Made by a program: the position numbers and the translations under genes. From IMG/VR virus record IMGVR_UViG_3300029136_000219, positions 56,475-120,474 of that record: a stretch of 64,000 bases of DNA; one strand, 5' to 3'. Shown here in pieces: positions 61,207 through 64,000 of the stretch. The notes under the pieces are model-generated. The model did not search any database. It was not told the DNA's origin and saw nothing but the letters and a program-made list of their open reading frames with translations. Source of the DNA: a virus. Position 1 is the first letter of the stretch. Every line of letters starts with the position of its first letter.

Positions 61207-64000
61207 ATGAAGAAAACGTTGAGTTTTTTACTTGCTTTTGCATTGATATTTTCAACTGTAATTGTACCGGTTTCAGCAATGGCAGATACAACCAATACAA
61301 ATGATTTTGAAAAATATGTTTATAATTCTGATACAGATGAAATTGATTATAATAAAGTTGCTGTATTTGAGGATGGATATGATTTAAAAAACTATATAAA
61401 ATCACTTAATCTTAGATTAAATAATACACCAGAGCTTATTGATGGACTTGTTTGCTATTTGAAATCTCCTTTACAAACTTCTCCTTACGGCAAAGACGGA
61501 AAATTAGAAGAATCGTTTTTATATATGGATGACCATAGTGGATATTCCGGTCCGTATAAAATCAAAGCTCACTGGCTTGGATTAAATACTGAAATGTATA
61601 GAACTTGTCACTTACTTCGTTTGGAAGTTACACATGACTATACAACCGAACAAATTAACGAATATTATAAAACAATTAACAGAGCTTTTGATGAAATGAA
61701 CCTTTATGATAAGTCTGATTATGCAAAGGCTACTTCTATTGTTTCTTGGATTGGTAATAATATTAGTTACAACGGTGATAATTATCAAAATGTTGCAACG
61801 GCTATGCTTATCAACAAAGACGGTATCTGTTCTGGCTTTACAAGTTTAGTAAATTATTTTTGTAACATAGCAGGAATTGAAAGCTATATAATGGGTAGTA
61901 TAGGTCATGAATGGAATGTAATAAAAATTAACGGTAAATATTACTATGCAGACTGTTCTAATACTATTAATGCAAGGCTTATGTCAGCTAAAGTTTATGG
62001 ACGTGTAGATGAAAAAACTTGGGTTGGTGGAGATTCAAATAATTATTATATTGAAATGACAAATTCAGCACCATATGCTACATTACACATTGTAGATGAG
62101 GAAGCATGGAACGATTTTAAAAGTCAAAAGCAGTTTGTTCTTGACTTTATGGATAATCTTACGTTAGTTGGTATTGATACTATAGGCCTTGTTGGAGATG
62201 TTCGTTATCACACACATTCATCTCCATATGCAATTAGTAAAACTCAAATAAAAAAATCAAATACATCTTCAAATAATTTAATTTCTGATGATAATTGTAA
62301 TCTTAAATATGAAAACATTGACGAGAAATTTACTCAAACCAGTAAAAGTAGTGTCAATGGCTATATGACAGGCTATTTTACCAATAGAACAGCATATTAT
62401 ACTGACAATGATGTTATAACAGAAAATGCACGTCCTATTAAGGATTGTATCCTTAACGGTAATACCGGTGATAAAGCAGTTAAACTTATCACAACAGAAA
62501 CTCAGGTTGACCAGTTTGATAACCCAACCAATAAGACTGTTAATTTCACGGAAAACCGTGTAATTGAAACCGGTAAAGTTATAAAGAACACCAAAACTTC
62601 TCATAATTATTACAAGAGGACAATCAAAAATTATACTTGTGATAAAGATACCGTAATTGAATTTGTATGTAAGGATTGTGGTGAAAGATTTTGTCTTGTA
62701 AAATATTGTGACAATCATCAGTTTAAAACTTATGTTGACGTTACACCAAATACATGTACTTCTGACGGCAAAATTAACATTTATGACGGAAACGCAACGG
62801 ATTATGATTTTAAGTCGAAGTCTTTTAAAGGTGTTTCATTGAACAAGCTTAATCATAATATTAAGACTGAGGTTGTTGATAATGGCACATTAGAAAGAAC
62901 TTATTGTGATAATACTTCTAATGAAATTACATTAACAACCGATGATATTAAAAATAATCTTATGAATTGCTTGTCTTCCAGTGATTATGACGGTGTAGAC
63001 GATTTAAAGTGGAATAAAACTCAAGACCGTAGATTTTGGGAATTTAATTGTGATAATCAAAACGGTCAAACACCGACTATTACAATGAAACTCCTTGCTA
63101 AAGGTATCAGTGACGGTGTAAGCAATTATGGCACATCTCTTTATTTTACAATTAAAGATGATGAAACAAATGAAGTAAAGACATATAATTTCTGTTATAA
63201 CGACAAAACGAAAGTAGCAACTCTTACCAATGTAAATGATAAGACGGATGTATTACCGGCTGAAGCAAAAATTGAGGGTGTAACCATTACCCTCAGTGTT
63301 AAGGCTAATTCAGTATATAAAGGATATGGTTATAGTTACTCTTATCTTAACGGAAGATTTTACGAAATAAGAACCAATGGTGCATTTTCGGATATGTTTG
63401 GTTCAAACTGCTATATCAAATTTACATACGATAATTGTAATTATGAAACTACTAAAGAGTTAGATCATTTTTATCAGGAAAGTAACAGAACACCTGCTTC
63501 TTGTATCAAAGAGGGTACAGTAGAGTATACTTGTAAGCACTGTGGTGCTAAGAAATATGATACTTTACCATTAGCAGAACATACTGCTATAATTCAAAAT
63601 AAAAAGGATTCTACGTGTGCTGAGGAAGGCTATACAGGTGATACTGTTTGTAGTGTATGTGGTAAAACACTTAAAAAGGGAACACCAGTTCCTAAAAAGG
63701 ACCACACGTATAAAATCACAACCGTAAGTGCTAATTGTACTTCTCAGGGTTATGATGAATACACTTGTATTTATTGCGGCTATTCGTATAAAACAAATTA
63801 TGTAGAACCTAACGGTAAGCACGTTCCTAAATATGGCGTAAACAAAAAGGAAGCAACATGTACCGAAAAGGGCTACACCGGTGATACAGTTTGTACTGTT
63901 TGTAACAAAGTAATTGAAAAGGGTAGTGAAACAAATCCTAAAAATCACAGCTATGTTCTTACAACTGTATCTGCAACGTGTGTATCTGAGGGATATGACC
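61207..64000 (+). CDS. secreted transglutaminase-like cysteine peptidase with C-terminal CxxC repeat modules (3-prime partial)
   Basis: Signal peptide MKKTLSFLLAFALIFSTVIVPVSAMA. DGICSGFTSL...GHEWNVIKINGKYYYADCS is a Cys-His-Asp transglutaminase-like core. At least four repeats of CxxCG(x)n...TGDTVCxVC. The ORF continues beyond the window end. Not in the track because it has no stop. Confidence 0.65.
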   Translation, partial: MKKTLSFLLAFALIFSTVIVPVSAMADTTNTNDFEKYVYNSDTDEIDYNKVAVFEDGYDLKNYIKSLNLRLNNTPELIDGLVCYLKSPLQTSPYGKDGKLEESFLYMDDHSGYSGPYKIKAHWLGLNTEMYRTCHLLRLEVTHDYTTEQINEYYKTINRAFDEMNLYDKSDYAKATSIVSWIGNNISYNGDNYQNVATAMLINKDGICSGFTSLVNYFCNIAGIESYIMGSIGHEWNVIKINGKYYYADCSNTINARLMSAKVYGRVDEKTWVGGDSNNYYIEMTNSAPYATLHIVDEEAWNDFKSQKQFVLDFMDNLTLVGIDTIGLVGDVRYHTHSSPYAISKTQIKKSNTSSNNLISDDNCNLKYENIDEKFTQTSKSSVNGYMTGYFTNRTAYYTDNDVITENARPIKDCILNGNTGDKAVKLITTETQVDQFDNPTNKTVNFTENRVIETGKVIKNTKTSHNYYKRTIKNYTCDKDTVIEFVCKDCGERFCLVKYCDNHQFKTYVDVTPNTCTSDGKINIYDGNATDYDFKSKSFKGVSLNKLNHNIKTEVVDNGTLERTYCDNTSNEITLTTDDIKNNLMNCLSSSDYDGVDDLKWNKTQDRRFWEFNCDNQNGQTPTITMKLLAKGISDGVSNYGTSLYFTIKDDETNEVKTYNFCYNDKTKVATLTNVNDKTDVLPAEAKIEGVTITLSVKANSVYKGYGYSYSYLNGRFYEIRTNGAFSDMFGSNCYIKFTYDNCNYETTKELDHFYQESNRTPASCIKEGTVEYTCKHCGAKKYDTLPLAEHTAIIQNKKDSTCAEEGYTGDTVCSVCGKTLKKGTPVPKKDHTYKITTVSANCTSQGYDEYTCIYCGYSYKTNYVEPNGKHVPKYGVNKKEATCTEKGYTGDTVCTVCNKVIEKGSETNPKNHSYVLTTVSATCVSEGYD

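Noticed and set aside
61205-63948. Minus-strand ORFs 61205-61405, 62278-62718, 63571-63948
   Set aside because: The + strand carries an uninterrupted ORF from 61207 to the window end. It has a signal peptide, a transglutaminase-like core and CxxC repeats. The track omits it only because it has no stop codon.
1-64000. crAss-like/Bacteroidetes phage origin
   Set aside because: Almost every gene has a strong AGGAGG-type Shine-Dalgarno 5-9 nt upstream of the start. That is typical of Firmicutes and uncommon in Bacteroidetes and crAss-like phages.

Overview
This window is a 64 kb, very AT-rich (roughly 30% GC) mobile-element-like region. Nearly all plausible genes sit on the + strand. Genes are tightly packed, often with overlapping stop/start codons, and most have strong AGGAGG-type Shine-Dalgarno sites. 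This points to a large phage, or a phage-plasmid-like element, of a low-GC Firmicutes host rather than a crAss/Bacteroidetes phage. No capsid, terminase or tail genes are visible, so the window is probably an accessory or early region of a big genome.

Content by position:
- 0-40 kb: many small hypothetical or Cys-rich zinc-ribbon proteins mixed with recognisable nucleic-acid enzymes. These are a SprT-like peptidase, RNase H1, three YopX paralogs, a Pol-beta nucleotidyltransferase, an Rnl-type RNA ligase, LemA, a PcfJ-like protein, a beta-class (DLPY) DNA methyltransferase, a RecG-like helicase, an SplB-like radical SAM protein, an SPFH protein, uracil-DNA glycosylase, a stand-alone FtsH-type M41 peptidase domain, a calcineurin-like phosphoesterase, a HicB-like antitoxin, and a secreted lipoprotein nuclease.
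- 40-47 kb: surface and cell-wall functions. These are a BspA-like leucine-rich-repeat protein with FN3 modules, two DUF4190 membrane proteins, a C5-cytosine methyltransferase, a class-B-like sortase, and an HNH endonuclease.
- 47.4-51.7 kb, the most unusual locus: a 598-aa TnpB/Cas12-like (RuvC-fold) protein followed by three mini CRISPR arrays. Repeats are 36 bp and spacers about 30 bp. Each array is preceded by a conserved, structured ~147-nt leader that ends in a sigma70-like promoter. The arrays are interleaved with five tRNA genes (Leu-TAA, Gly-TCC, Asn-GTT, Met-CAT, Lys-TTT) and one atypical tRNA-like gene.
- 53.8-58.8 kb: a Tad/Flp-pilus-like secretion module. It has a CpaF/TadA/VirB11-family ATPase, a fused GspF-like platform protein, TadE-like proteins and four essentially leaderless Flp-like 'IFEEYG' pilin peptides.
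- 61.2 kb to the end: a secreted transglutaminase-like protein with Cys-rich repeats, 3'-partial.

A conserved ~65-bp promoter-like cassette ending in TTTGCGATTTATATAGTG occurs at least 10 times, usually just after a rho-independent terminator. Shorter TTGCGCGATAT variants occur at least 5 more times.
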